Shown: positions 25,089 through 37,589 of the stretch, one piece after another
How the letters are laid out: each line of letters starts with the position of its first letter
Position numbering within the stretch: the first letter of the stretch is position 1
From: Octopus bimaculoides
Taxonomy: Eukaryota
Length of the DNA stretch: 39,794 nucleotides
Assembly: GCF_001194135.2 (NCBI RefSeq)
Contig: NC_068999.1
Coordinates: forward strand, 14,429,880-14,469,673
Reading direction: 5' to 3'
Notes under the pieces: model-generated
The model's database searches: none
What the model saw: only the letters and a program-made list of their open reading frames with translations
Told to the model about the DNA's origin: nothing
Program-made: the position numbers and the translations under genes

Positions 25089-28017
25089 GTTGTATACTTC
25101 CTATCTATTCACGATAAAATCTTCGTCGGAAATAATAAATATTGTGTAATTACATATGGTCATATGTCAACACATAATTCATTCACTAAATCATCTTCTC
25201 TATGAGATCAAAAATGTTGTACCTACTGGCGGCCTATTGGAGTTGAACATTCAAGGCTGTATCCAAATGTATAATGAGTGTACATATTCATAAACATTAC
25301 TGAAATTAGAAATGAAATTACACACTACCTACTATATATTTTGTTTATTTGAATGAAATGTGTTTAATATCAGTCTACTCTGCTACATACAGCGCATTGT
25401 TTGTTAGCGTAGCGGGCAGGAAATGTCCACTTCATTTGACGTTCAGTGACAACTTAATACGTTCTGCTCACGTCATTTGGACACAATCCTACAAGAATCA
25501 AATGGCATATGCTTTTTCAGAATATTTCTTTCTTGTATTAACCCACACTATGTTGGTAGGATGTTGATGGTAGGTTTACTGCAACCAGCATTTAATGCTA
25601 CGCGCGATGAATTAAGTACTAAGCTAAATGTCCATCTGAGACCATGGCACACAATTTTGTTTCCAAACACTAGGGTAGGTTACCTATCTTTAATGTTGTT
25701 GTATCACAACAAAGGTCATATGACCGATATGAATAGATTGTAAGTATACACGGGCAATCTGCATTTGTATGTCAACAAAGCTTACGATGTGACTTCTAGT
25801 TAGCCTGTCTAGTGGTTTGAAGATCTGTAAAAACCCGTAAATATCGCGGTAAAAAAAAAACTCTAAACATTTGCCAAACACAAATAATCATAACGTCCAC
25901 ACAAAATTCGGAGATCTAGCCTCCAAACTGTTGGAAAACTCAATACATTACTAACCACAATTTGAAAAGATTTCCTAGGTCACTGCGAAAAGGTGATACA
26001 AGTGCAGGTACGATAATGGTATTACGGAAATTTTCATTTGAATGTATGTGAAAATCATAAAAAAGAACAACTAAAAGTCGTCAGAAAACAAAGGTATCAT
26101 ATTCCACAGAGAATTCGATTAGATTCCTAATGTCAATACAGATGTGGTAGATCTCTTTTCTATATTGTATGAATCTTGTAACTGGAAGATTCTACTGCAT
26201 CTAAATGTACGTCTTAGCTGTATGGATGAAATGGTTTTACTTTCGATGTGTACAGACATTTTGCTCTGATGCAGAATCTTACAAATAAAAGTCCTGGCCG
26301 AAACATCAATATACTTTCATGAGGTCCTTAATATTTATAAACAGCCAAATTAAAACCAAATACATGATTTGATTGTCTATGGATGATATGCGGGCTGATT
26401 TACTAATATAGTCGCTTGATATGGTTTCCGAGCAATATAAATATGTTACTTCGAGGAGATGTTTGTTTTGGTATCCAAACAAATGAATAAGTATACTAGG
26501 AATTTTATATATAAGTCAATATATCATATATACTTCGTCAGTGGAGTCGCTAAGACAATGCAGAATTATGTAGCTGTCAAGGGTCACCTCTCTGTATATA
26601 AATACATATAAACACTTATATACGAAAATATGTTTTCTACTGACATTTTAACGGATGGTAGACACCCGTATGAATTTTTTTCAAAATGTTCTACCCTTAT
26701 ATTGTTCACAGTAGAATTTTCATAATTTCACAGCATTTTGTTACGCAATTTTAATTTTATTGTCTGCTGCCAACTATGTGACTGTGCGTGCGCGGTTTTA
26801 TTTGAAAACATAATGTAAAAGTACGTAATACACATGTGTGTTTTCGGTACGTATTAGCTACATAGTTATGCACTGTCTTAGCGATCCCACTTACGATGTA
26901 CGGATGACAAATTAATTTATGTGTTGATTAATACCGAAACTAGAGTTTGGGGTTAAGTATAAATAATTTTTGTTTCAATCACATTGGAATTACTTTTTTT
27001 CCTGGCTTGTGCTTCGGTGCCCTCTCTAGCATGCAAAGCGTACTGTCAAGGATCACCTCTTTATATATAAATACTTATACACTATTATATATGAACAAAA
27101 AATATATATATACAACACATGCATATACATACTACACACAGTTCCACTACCTATCAACCTATCTATCTACCTATGTGTGTGTGTGTGTATGTGTGTGCGT
27201 GTGTGTGTGTGTGTGTGTGCGTATAGAGAATGAAAGCGAGAGAGAGGGTAGGGTGGGAGTTAGTGAGCGAGTCAGAGAGATGTGACGTCCACTGGAGTTT
27301 TGGATGTGAGCAGCACAGATGAAAGCTAATTTATAGTCTCGCTCCAATTTGGTTGTCAATATCAGAAACTGCAATATGTAATGAGGATCACACTCAATCA
27401 AATTACGCTACGTTTCTGAGAAATGGAGAAATGTTTCACTTCCTTAAATCTATTTATATGGTTAGTAATTTGTTGATCGGAAACAGATGAGTGGAAATAA
27501 AATTCATTATACTTATATTGACATACATTTTCAGAAATGACCGGAAAATCTTTGATCAGTGTAATCATAGCCGATGCATATATTGTGAATTGTTGAAGAT
27601 CAAAGTGCACAACTTTCCTGTAAAAATACTTTCCTTCTCACAGAAAGAAGTTGAAGATTTGCTTCAATGAATGAAAATATTATTGGCTATTTTTATTGCT
27701 ACGATCGTAACGAAAATTATTGAATGATGTCCACTGCTGTGATGTGTCAATTTTATTACCACGTTGGTCATACCATGTAAATAAAGTCAATGGGTTTGAC
27801 TCATCTGTCGCATTTCGAGATTCGAGAAGCCCCAGATTACTTAGCTCAAACCATTTCTATTCGATTTGACTTTCTTATATAATAATCGTGAGACCATTGC
27901 CCATAAAAGAATGATGAGCAGTATAAAGTATAGGAAAATGATTTAAACTATCAGAAATGATCTGAAGACAAACATCTGAAAATACAAACGATAGAAATAA
28001 ATGTCCATATAAAATGT

Positions 28018-28760
28018 ACAGAGTTTTCAGGCTAAATGCGACGGCTTTAAGCCTACTTTATTCAGCAGCGGCTTGATATGTTGGTGTTCAGGATCATCAA
28101 AGTCATAGTTTTGTAAAAGCTTTCGTAGAGGACCTGGAATCCATGTAAGTAACGGAACTTGAGGATTCGCGACGTGCATCGAAATGTCGACATGTTGACA
28201 GTTGCTAAATTCTCTGTAAAATCTGTATAGAATATAAAACGCGATGAGATGTCCATCAGGAAAGGACAGAGCAGGCATTTTGCAACTCAATGCGCCAGAA
28301 CACATCTTAGAATCTTTGAACAATTCTGACAGCTATGTGAAGCTGATGGAGACTGGTTGTTACCTAGCTGGAATGATTTGCACCTGGATGGACATAAGTG
28401 TGGCTGCACTACTCGGCCCTTTACCAAACATTCGGAGCGAGTTTAACTGTAGTTGCCGGAAAAATTCTACGAGGTCATCATTCCCATTTTCTGGTGTCAT
28501 AACTCTCCTTGATTATAATCCGGTGGATTACTATATGTGGGGTGTTGTTCAACATGACACAAAGCATCCATATCATAAAAATCCTACGTCGAGCCAGTGG
28601 TGAAACCAAAAGAGATGTTCGAAGATAGCGCGCACCATTTTTCGGAGCTGCCTTGAAGCTGAGGTGGAGGCTGAGTGCGCGTATTCTTATTTCGATTATA
28701 TTTTACTCTTCACTGAAACACACGACGTTTCTACTGTCGGGAATCCAGGATTTTTTTTCT
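28018..28760 (+). mobile_element. Decayed Tc1/mariner (maT/DD37D-like) remnant
   Basis: NFYEVIIPIFWCHNS(L)DYNPVDYYMWGVVQHDT (~WPPNSPD.NPLDYYVWGVV) and FRSCLEAEVEAE (~FRSRLEAVVEA.GG). A TA-cagag terminus-like start lies at 28018. Confidence 0.75.
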
Positions 28761-28882
28761 ACACATGCAGAAAGTCGGTACTGTTATGAATTCCAAAATA
28801 GCAGATAGTCCTGACCTAGAGTGGAGTGCTGCGTTAAGAAAAACAAAAATTATCACTGTACCCTACGAGGACCTGATGCATG

Positions 28883-28918
<36 letters not shown>

Positions 28919-28959
28919 TTATATGTTTCAGTCATTTGAGAGCGTCCAGTAAATGCGGC

Positions 28960-29661
28960 TTGCGGTATTCAATTCCCACCATCCATACAGTGTAAAGCGA
29001 GGGATTGCTCAGTGCCTGAAACATCGTGCAGAGAATATAAGTAGCGATCGTGATACACACCACGAAGATGTAAATGATCGAGCTCAATAACGACCTATTA
29101 AGCAATACCGACCCCAAAAATATACTATCCACTCTAATTAGGAAGAAGAGAGAGGGTGAGGCCAATAAACCTCCACAGTCTGTCTACCATATGTGAAAGG
29201 CTTCTCTGAAAATATACAAAAAATGTACGCCCCATATGACATCAGGACAGTATTCAAGAATAATACAACGCTTCGCAAATATCTCCTTCCAGTAAAACCG
29301 CCAATAGAAGAGAATATGACAAAAGATTGCGTGTACTCCATCCCATGCAGCTGTGGTAGGTTATACAAAGGCGATACATGCGACCCCATCAAAATAAGGG
29401 TAGACGAACATCGCAAAGCTGTGACACGAGGAGATATTGATAAACCGGTTATAGGTAATAATGTATGGAAAAATGGAGAACACCTCCCCCTGTGGGATGA
29501 CGTTAATATAATAGACAGAGACCACCACTGGAAAATACAAAAAACTAAAAGAAGCAGCACGTATGCTACGACACAACAACCTCCTAAGCAGACCGAGTGC
29601 AGATATGAGCAGCATATGGGAACTGGTATTAAGGAAGGATAGAAAAATATTAGATGTGTAA
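28960..29661 (+). mobile_element. Penelope-like element 3' ORF remnant (RT thumb plus GIY-YIG endonuclease)
   Basis: NSHHPYSVKRGIAQCLKHRAENISSD (28971); LPYVKGFSENIQK...VYSIPCSCGRLYKGDT...IRVDEHRKAV...WDDVNIIDRDHHWK (ORF 29193-29642); then, after a frameshift, LKEAA...MSSIWELVLRKDRKILDV* (stop 29659-29661). Confidence 0.92.
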
Positions 29662-29684
29662 GCCCTAAAATTCACTCAATAATT

Positions 29685-29960
29685 GCCCACAAGCATATAG
29701 CGTAGTGGATAAGAGCTCGGGCTACTAACCCCAAGATTCCGAGTTCGATTCCAAACAGTGACCTGAGCACTAATAATATTAATAATAATAATAACATCGA
29801 AAAATACCTTCGGAATGAGAACACAGGTTCGAAATTTTTCCAAGACACCTGAAGAAGGCTGGAGGGTAGTTCAGCCGAAACGTTGTGTTAACAGCAAACA
29901 AGATGAGGACAAATATCCGTCGAATGTAAATAATGTAGAGAATTCCTCATCTCTTAGATG
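29685..29960 (+). mobile_element. tRNA-headed, hammerhead-bearing terminal repeat/SINE-like unit (copy 2)
   Basis: A-box TAGCGTAGTGG (29698-29708), B-box GTTCGATTC (29743-29751), anticodon-like hairpin cggg-ctactaa-cccc, short (AAT)n, then a tail shared with 1783-2087. Confidence 0.85.
29844..29889 (+). ncRNA. Minimal type I hammerhead ribozyme motif (PLE-type variant)
   Basis: Stem I GACAC (29844-48)/GTGTT (29885-89); core CTGAAGA plus one extra A; stem II GGCTG/CAGCC; GAAA; palindromic ACGT stem III; predicted cleavage after GTT at 29884. Confidence 0.72.
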
Positions 29961-30879
29961 TAGAACTGTTGTGTTGCTGACATAATATCTGAGTTGAAAT
30001 ATTACGCTACAAAACAGTAAGCGTTTGATCATTGTCAATATAATACAGATGGTATTAAATTTATAAAAATCGTTATCTTACAAATAAAACATACGACTGC
30101 AAATTTCTCAGAATATCAACGAACACATATATGAAGAATTCGGAACATAGAATTTAATAGTAAGCTTTGAACATTCCCTGAGATGTTCTAATATATCGTT
30201 TAGTTGAGAGTATTTCAAAAGTGTCTGATGCTGTTACTTCAGAAATAAAGGTTCAAGTTTGAATATAACATATACGTACTTCTCCGTAATATTTTTTTAG
30301 TTTTGTTACTGAATATGTCCCTATTTTTGTTTTCATTCTTATGGAAAATCTCATAGGAAAAATAGAAGTCAAACACAAAATATGAATAGACGTATTGTGT
30401 TGTACAAAATATTAACCCAAATACAACTATAGCAATTATTTTACAATCATACATATTTACATACATATATAGAGATACAGACTGTGCGTATAGCGTACAC
30501 GTGAAGAAGTAGCAACAAAATGTCCAGTCGTTGCACATTCTCAAAAATTCAGTCAATCAGCGTAGGTGAATTTCTCATGGTCAAATGTTTTCTTTTTTCT
30601 CTCTATAACTGGTTATCATTCATTATTATTGTATGCGTGTGTGTATATGTATATATATATATATGTATATATACATATATATATANNNNNNNNNNNNNNN
30701 NNNNNNNNNNNNNNNNNNNNNNNNNNNNNNNNNNNNNNNNNNNNNNNNNNNNNNNNNNNNNNNNNNNNNNNNNNNNNNNNNNNNNNNNNNNNNNNNNNNN
30801 NNNNNNNNNNNNNNNNNNNNNNNNNNNNNNNNNNNNNNNNNNNNNNNNNNNATTGATAGGACGGTCAGCAAAAGAAATA

Positions 30880-31200
30880 GACCTCGATATTATGTAAATA
30901 TGGGAAATTATGTGTAAAAATATGTGACACTTATTCGGTAGCCATGATAAAACTACGAGTTTCGGATGCCGGGGTGGGAGCCCACGCCAACATCTCTTCA
31001 GTTATGCGGCCATTAAAGATGAAAAGTGAAAAAATGACCGTTAAACAAAGGGAAATTACTGTGTAGTTGACCGTCATTAAGACAAAAGAGCTATAGACCG
31101 CTAAGTAAGGGGAGAGGGTAAAAGTAAGGGAGTACGGAAGTCTATAGTGTTCTCGTAAGCGCACCAATCCGTACAATCACCTATTTTTATATACTAAACC
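30880..31200 (-). mobile_element. ORF-less PLE-like terminal repeat or retrozyme-like fragment carrying a hammerhead-like motif
   Basis: The minus strand of 30953-31001 reads CTGAAGA-gatgttggcgtggg-ct-cccaccccggcatc-c-GAAA-ctcgta. Element boundaries are approximate. Confidence 0.45.
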
Positions 31201-31635
31201 ACCCTCGCTTGAAACACACACATGCTCACCCACATACTTGCCAGTAACTATACATATACGTACTTATATATATATATATAACCGCATAGAGACCCACACT
31301 CACACGCACACAACAACCCCGCACCCATACACATGCACGAAAAAGAATTTTACAGGGCTAAAAGCAAAACCAGAAGAAAGTGAGGGAGAGCTACAAGGTT
31401 AAAAACACGTCTAATTTTCGCATGCACGCACAACTATATTCGCATGCACACACAACTATATACGCACGTACCCGCACACACGCACACATTCACAACCGCG
31501 CACATAAGGTTCCATGTACGTGTCTATAGACGCACAGGAAATAACAGGGTTGAGGGGAGAACACAGAAAATATGTGTAGAAAAAATACAAGACATTCGCT
31601 CTACAATTATGCAAAACATATTAAAAGATATATTC

Positions 31636-31833
31636 AAAAAATATAAAAGAAAACAAGTAAAAATTATAGAAGGATAAAAAGCTTATACATAGACACAATA
31701 TAGAGAGCAAATCCTATCAGTACAGTCATATCAGTAAAACTATTTTTAAAATATATAAGAAATCTAAGTAAAATGTATAGAGAGATAAAAAGCTTATACA
31801 TAAACACAATATAGAAAGCAAGTCCTATCAGTA
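31636..31833. repeat. Diverged ~111-bp tandem duplication
   Basis: The 50-nt core gataaaaagcttatacata[g/a]acacaatataga[g/a]agcaa[a/g]tcctatcagta occurs at 31673 and 31784, with similar upstream flanks. Confidence 0.85.
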
Positions 31834-31959
31834 AACTCAAAGGGACCAACAATGTAGCAAATATTTGCCCACATGTGGACATGATCCGAAAAGTTCAGTC
31901 TTTCAATTTAGATATGTGGCGGGGTCTAAGCTGCCTTTCCAGATGAGCCTTCTTTCCAT

Positions 31960-32252
31960 ATCACATAGAACGCATGGGTTGTGATTTCGAATCCCGGACC
32001 GGGCTGCATGCTGCATATTTGAGCAAGACACTTTATTTCACGTTGCTCCAGTTCACTCAGTTGTAGAAATGCGTTGCGACGTCACAGGTGCCAACCTATA
32101 TCGGCCTTTAACCTTGGATAACACATGTGGCGTGGAGATGGGAGGCTGGTATGCATAGGCGACTTCTAGTCTTCCATAAACAACCTTGCCCGGATTTGTG
32201 CCTGGGAGGGTAACTTTATAGGTGCCATTCCATGGCCAGTCATGACCGAAGG
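31960..32252 (+). mobile_element. tRNA-derived SINE with conserved central domain
   Basis: B-box-like TTTCGAATCCC (31985-31995) followed by ttgagcaagacacttt...gttgctccagttcactcag, a central-domain-type motif seen in many metazoan SINEs. Family name not established. Confidence 0.72.
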
Positions 32253-32306
32253 ATATCTCAGAATATATGTATGTATATGGACGTATGTGTGTATATATGT
32301 GTACGC

Positions 32307-32339
<33 letters not shown>

Positions 32340-32517
32340 CACATATATATATATATATATATGTGTGTATGTNNNNNNNNNNNNNNNNNNNNNNNNNNNN
32401 NNNNNNNNNNNNNNNNNNNNNNNNNNNNNNNNNNNNNNNNNNNNNNNNNNNNNNNNNNNNNNNNNNNNNNNNNNNNNNNNNNNNNNNNNNNNNNNNNNNN
32501 NNNNNNNNNNNNNNNNN

Positions 32518-32559
<42 letters not shown>

Positions 32560-33527
32560 CATACATATATAAACATATATTTCAAATAAATGTAATATAT
32601 GGCGTGTGCATACATGTATGTGTGGTTGTGTGAGTATCTGTGTGCATTGTATGCTTACGTACACACACACTTCACTGTATACTTATACATATATACGGAA
32701 GCCTGTGTTTGCGTGCGATGTTGTGTGTCTAGTGTCTGCGAGCATTGTTCAAGAAAAATTGTATTATAATTTAAGTACTTCTCCATCTATAACATTTTGT
32801 AAAATGTCAGTTGAAATATTTTTCAAAGCAATTGCTTATGTCTATAATGCACTCAGTTCTTACATATCATCATATGAAATTAACTGGGAATATTTCCAGG
32901 TTCGCAAAGAAATTATAAATTTTCTAGTCATATATCATCTACATATGTATTGTTTGTTGACATTACTAGAGTCTAGTTTAATATTTCATGTCTAGGCATG
33001 GTGCCTAAATTTTGGTAAACAACAACCAAACGCACTATGGAGTGTTACTTTCAACGATGGCAATTATTATGACGATGAGATAGAGTTGTTGGTGGCGGCG
33101 GATAGTTGAAAAATACAATCGTGATGATGTTGATGCTGGTGATACGCATTAGATTACACAAAACAACTAATAGTACAACAACAAAGAAAAAAGCCAGTAC
33201 ATCACAAAATTAACAAAACAACGAAGATGAATATCATAAACTACAACTACAAAGTCTAAAGCACCATTAACAAGAACATCAAACGTAATTGATACTTTCA
33301 CGCAATAACTTAAACGCACTTATTGCTCATAAAACAAATATACACAGTGTTGCACGCAAATTCAGTAATATTCACAATGCACACGGAGGGCACGGGAAAT
33401 AAGGAAAATAGTGTACAACTACATAACTGGCAATGGAATTAAAAATTATCTCTTATCCCAGAGAAATTATTACGAAAGATACCGTTATGTGGCCGTGCAT
33501 CTCCAATGTTTCCCGTGGAATGCGAAA

Positions 33528-33566
<39 letters not shown>

Positions 33567-34140
33567 CATAACATTTATCATTACACATGCTGATTCTACA
33601 CAGACTTCAACACCTTTCGCACAAACACACTGGTAAAGCGATTAAGATGAAAGTGAAGGTGGATATGTGGTGGGTTTTTAAAGTAAGCTCCAAATCCAAC
33701 AATATCTTTTACACACCTACACATAAGATACCCCACAGTATTTCTACAACGTTACCGTACCGAAAAAAACATAAAAGTACAAATTACCACACACAAATAC
33801 ATATTGTATAGATATATAGAGAGATAGTCGTAATAAAATATTAGTTTTCCACAAGCATAAGTTCAGAGCAATAGAAATTTTGACACTGAGGTCATGTTCT
33901 AATACTCAACCGTGTGTATCACCATTATATACAAGTTTATGAGAGACATAATAATTTAGTGAATGCAAGATGCCAAGAATGTATTGTTGAGCGTTACAGC
34001 CGATTCCCAGTTTGGCGTCCACATAGTATAAATGGGAACTGAAGTCTGTGACGCGACGCAGTTCGGCCGATAATATGCGTGGTATGGTTGTGCTCACTAT
34101 TGATATATCTGGGGCTTAAAAACAGTAAAATATTCAACAC

Positions 34141-34205
<65 letters not shown>

Positions 34206-35416
34206 CACNNNNNNNNNNNNNNNNNNNNNNNNNNNNNNNNNNNNNNNNNNNNNNNNNNNNNNNNNNNNNNNNNNNNNNNNNNNNNNNNNNNNNNNNNNNN
34301 NNNNNNNNNNNNNNNNNNNNNNNNNNNNNNNNNNNNNNNNNNNNNNNNNNNNNNNNNNNNNNNNNNNNNNNNNNNNNNNNNNNNNNNNNNNNNNNNNNNN
34401 NNNNNNNNNNNNNNNNNNNNNNNNNNNNNNNNNNNNNNNNNNNNNNNNNNNNNNNNNNNNNNNNNNNNNNNNNNNNNNNNNNNNNNNNNNNNNNNNNNNN
34501 NNNNNNNNNNNNNNNNNNNNNNNNNNNNNNNNNNNNNNNNNNNNNNNNNNNNNNNNNNNNNNNNNNNNNNNNNNNNNNNNNNNNNNNNNNNNNNNNNNNN
34601 NNNNNNNNNNNNNNNNNNNNNNNNNNNNNNNNNNNNNNNNNNNNNNNNNNNNNNNNNNNNNNNNNNNNNNNNNNNNNNNNNNNNNNNNNNNNNNNNNNNN
34701 NNNNNNNNNNNNNNNNNNNNNNNNNNNNNNNNNNNNNNNNNNNNNNNNNNNNNNNNNNNNNNNNNNNNNNNNNNNNNNNNNNNNNNNNNNNNNNNNNNNN
34801 NNNNNNNNNNNNNNNNNNNNNNNNNNNNNNNNNNNNNNNNNNNNNNNNNATATACTCACTCAGTTTACAAATGGATATGAGTGTGTGCCGCGCGTGTGTG
34901 TGATTATGTTGCATATGTGTATAACATCTTCACAACGAATTATAGCAATGATTTTTTTTATAAACATATTTTGTGTCATTGTTGTAAAAAATATAATTCG
35001 TATAAATTTGAAATCTTGTAGGTTGTCTTCCTGTAACATGTGTTTTCATATATTTTTTATGTCATTTGAATTGGCAATGTGATTACTGCCGATTGAAATC
35101 ACCACAGTTTATTTTACTGGCGCCGAATGCTTTAAACACAATGTGATTTTCGCAAATAACAGTTGAGAAGAATAGGATAAAATGAAATAACGGACTCTCC
35201 TCTACATCTGCAGCAACATTCAGCAATCAATATGAGGCGAACAAAAAATATTATTTCAATGAAATGTGGAGGAAATAAAATAGTTATATTGGAAAATGAA
35301 ATTCAATGAGGAAAGATTGGCTAGTATTCCACAGATTTATTCAAATCTTAAATGTCACAATATAATTTTATCTCAAGGAGAAAAAATACCAGAAAAGAAA
35401 ACAATAGTTAATATAA

Positions 35417-35458
<42 letters not shown>

Positions 35459-37007
35459 NNNNNNNNNNNNNNNNNNNNNNNNNNNNNNNNNNNNNNNNNN
35501 NNNNNNNNNNNNNNNNNNNNNNNNNNNNNNNNNNNNNNNNNNNNNNNNNNNNNNNNNNNNNNNNNNNNNNNNNNNNNNNNNNNNNNNNNNNNNNNNNNNN
35601 NNNNNNNNNNNNNNNNNNNNNNNNNNNNNNNNNNNNNNNNNNNNNNNNNNNNNNNNNNNNNNNNNNNNNNNNNNNNNNNNNNNNNNNNNNNNNNNNNNNN
35701 NNNNNNNNNNNNNNNNNNNNNNNNNNNNNNNNNNNNNNNNNNNNNNNNNNNNNNNNNNNNNNNNNNNNNNNNNNNNNNNNNNNNNNNNNNNNNNNNNNNN
35801 NNNNNNNNNNNNNNNNNNNNNNNNNNNNNNNNNNNNNNNNNNNNNNNNNNNNNNNNNNNNNNNNNNNNNNNNNNNNNNNNNNNNNNNNNNNNNNNNNNNN
35901 NNNNNNNNNNNNNNNNNNNNNNNNNNNNNNNNNNNNNNNNNNNNNTATATATATATATATTTATAATTTCTTTAAATTGGAATATCGCTCTTAGGTCTCT
36001 ACGAATGTTAATAACAACATGTAGCTCTTTACTAATAATGCCCAATGATAATTTCCAATATATATACACACACAGCTACAATCACAAACATATACACATG
36101 CAACTATGTAAACGCACAGATGTCCACAGAAGCATAGTCGCATATATACAAATAACTGCACGCACGAATCTTTTCGTTGTGGCTTTTATCTAATGTCTCA
36201 ACGTTGTTAGTGAATTTAAGTTTTCGCTATTTGAGTGCTGACATTTTCAAGACATTATGTCACCAGGGTTATTGAACCAGTTTGTAAGGTCTGCCAAAGT
36301 TAACCACAGGAGGGCTACTCACAATACAGAGAAATAATAATTATAATCGAATTTTGTTTCATTGAAAATACACCGGAATCGTTTACAGAATGAAATGGCA
36401 AGAAAACTATCAGCATAATCTGTATACTTGCCGTTATTAATACACATGATATACGTTCACGCACCAACAAATGCGAAGATCATATCGTTATGTGTACACG
36501 TTTTTATTTGACAAATGTGTGTGCTTATACGATCTAGCAGCGGAGACAATAATTCAGTCACATAATTACATATTCGTAAATACATTCACATACATATATA
36601 TAGTTGCCCGTAGAAATGCTCTTTCTACGGTAAACGACTACGTAATGTTATCATACCTGATATATTCTAATATTATTAACTTATTACGCGTATATTCACA
36701 AAAAACATGTTTAAAGGGATTAAAAGAGAGATTGGAATAATTATATCACATGTACTAATGGGGACAATCATAATATCGTGTCCCAGTAAATAGCACCTCA
36801 ATATTTGCTCTAACTTTGCAGATTTTCTTAATAACGCAGCAGCAGTTGGATTCAGATACTTAAACAGATTTTTTAAGAATAAACAATCGGATATTTAGAA
36901 AAATATTAAACATGCACAACTATTCTGCTTCCCAGAGTTTACGAAGACCATTAACTGAGATACTACCCTTCCTCTATCATGATATACATATATTCCTTTT
37001 TTTTCAG

Positions 37008-37095
37008 GAAAGAAAATATGACACCAGTCGTCCACGTGTGATGGAACACTATATATTTTGTTGTGCATGATCGGATGGTATTACATCATAATCAG
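37008..37095 (+). other. Candidate isolated exon (unverified)
   Basis: Strong acceptor tattccttttttttcag and a CAG|gtatct donor 88 nt later. No frame is open throughout; an ATG gives MIGWYYIII up to the donor. Confidence 0.2.
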
Positions 37096-37589
37096 GTATC
37101 TTAATTTATTTTAAAATAGAGTATAGCGCTGGAAATTCGAAGTAAAATCATGGACTTTTTTTATGGACAATACTAAAATATTTATGTCTCCCTTTACGAT
37201 TATTTTTACTAATATATACAAAAGTATTCATATGGTGTAACGCACATGTATAAATAGTAGTTAAATATATTGAAATTATATCAATTGCATGCGTGCCGGT
37301 CTATTCACACGTACACGGTACACACGGGTGTACACGCCCGAACGGAAACACGTGGACGCACACACGAACACACACATTCACATACATACATTTATTTAAG
37401 GAGTTCAATGAAATACTTTAAACAGGAAACACTGAAATATATACATTAAACCTAGTCTAATCCTAGATATCATTTTTTTTATTTTTTCAAACAACCTTCC
37501 CTTGATTTACTACCCTGTGATTCTCTAGTCACGGGATGACTATGAAGAAGATGACGGAAAACATTCTCTAGCAGAGTTTTGTATCTTAC

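Noticed and set aside
29138-29675. Minus-strand ORFs of 140 aa and 104 aa
   Set aside because: They are antisense to the Penelope GIY-YIG ORF.
29693-29765. tRNA-like sequence as a functional tRNA gene
   Set aside because: No proper acceptor stem, the anticodon loop differs between the two copies, and it is embedded in a repeated element; it is a SINE-type head.
33906-34097. 63-aa minus-strand ORF (IPRILSAELRRVTDF...)
   Set aside because: No identifiable homology and weak splice signals.
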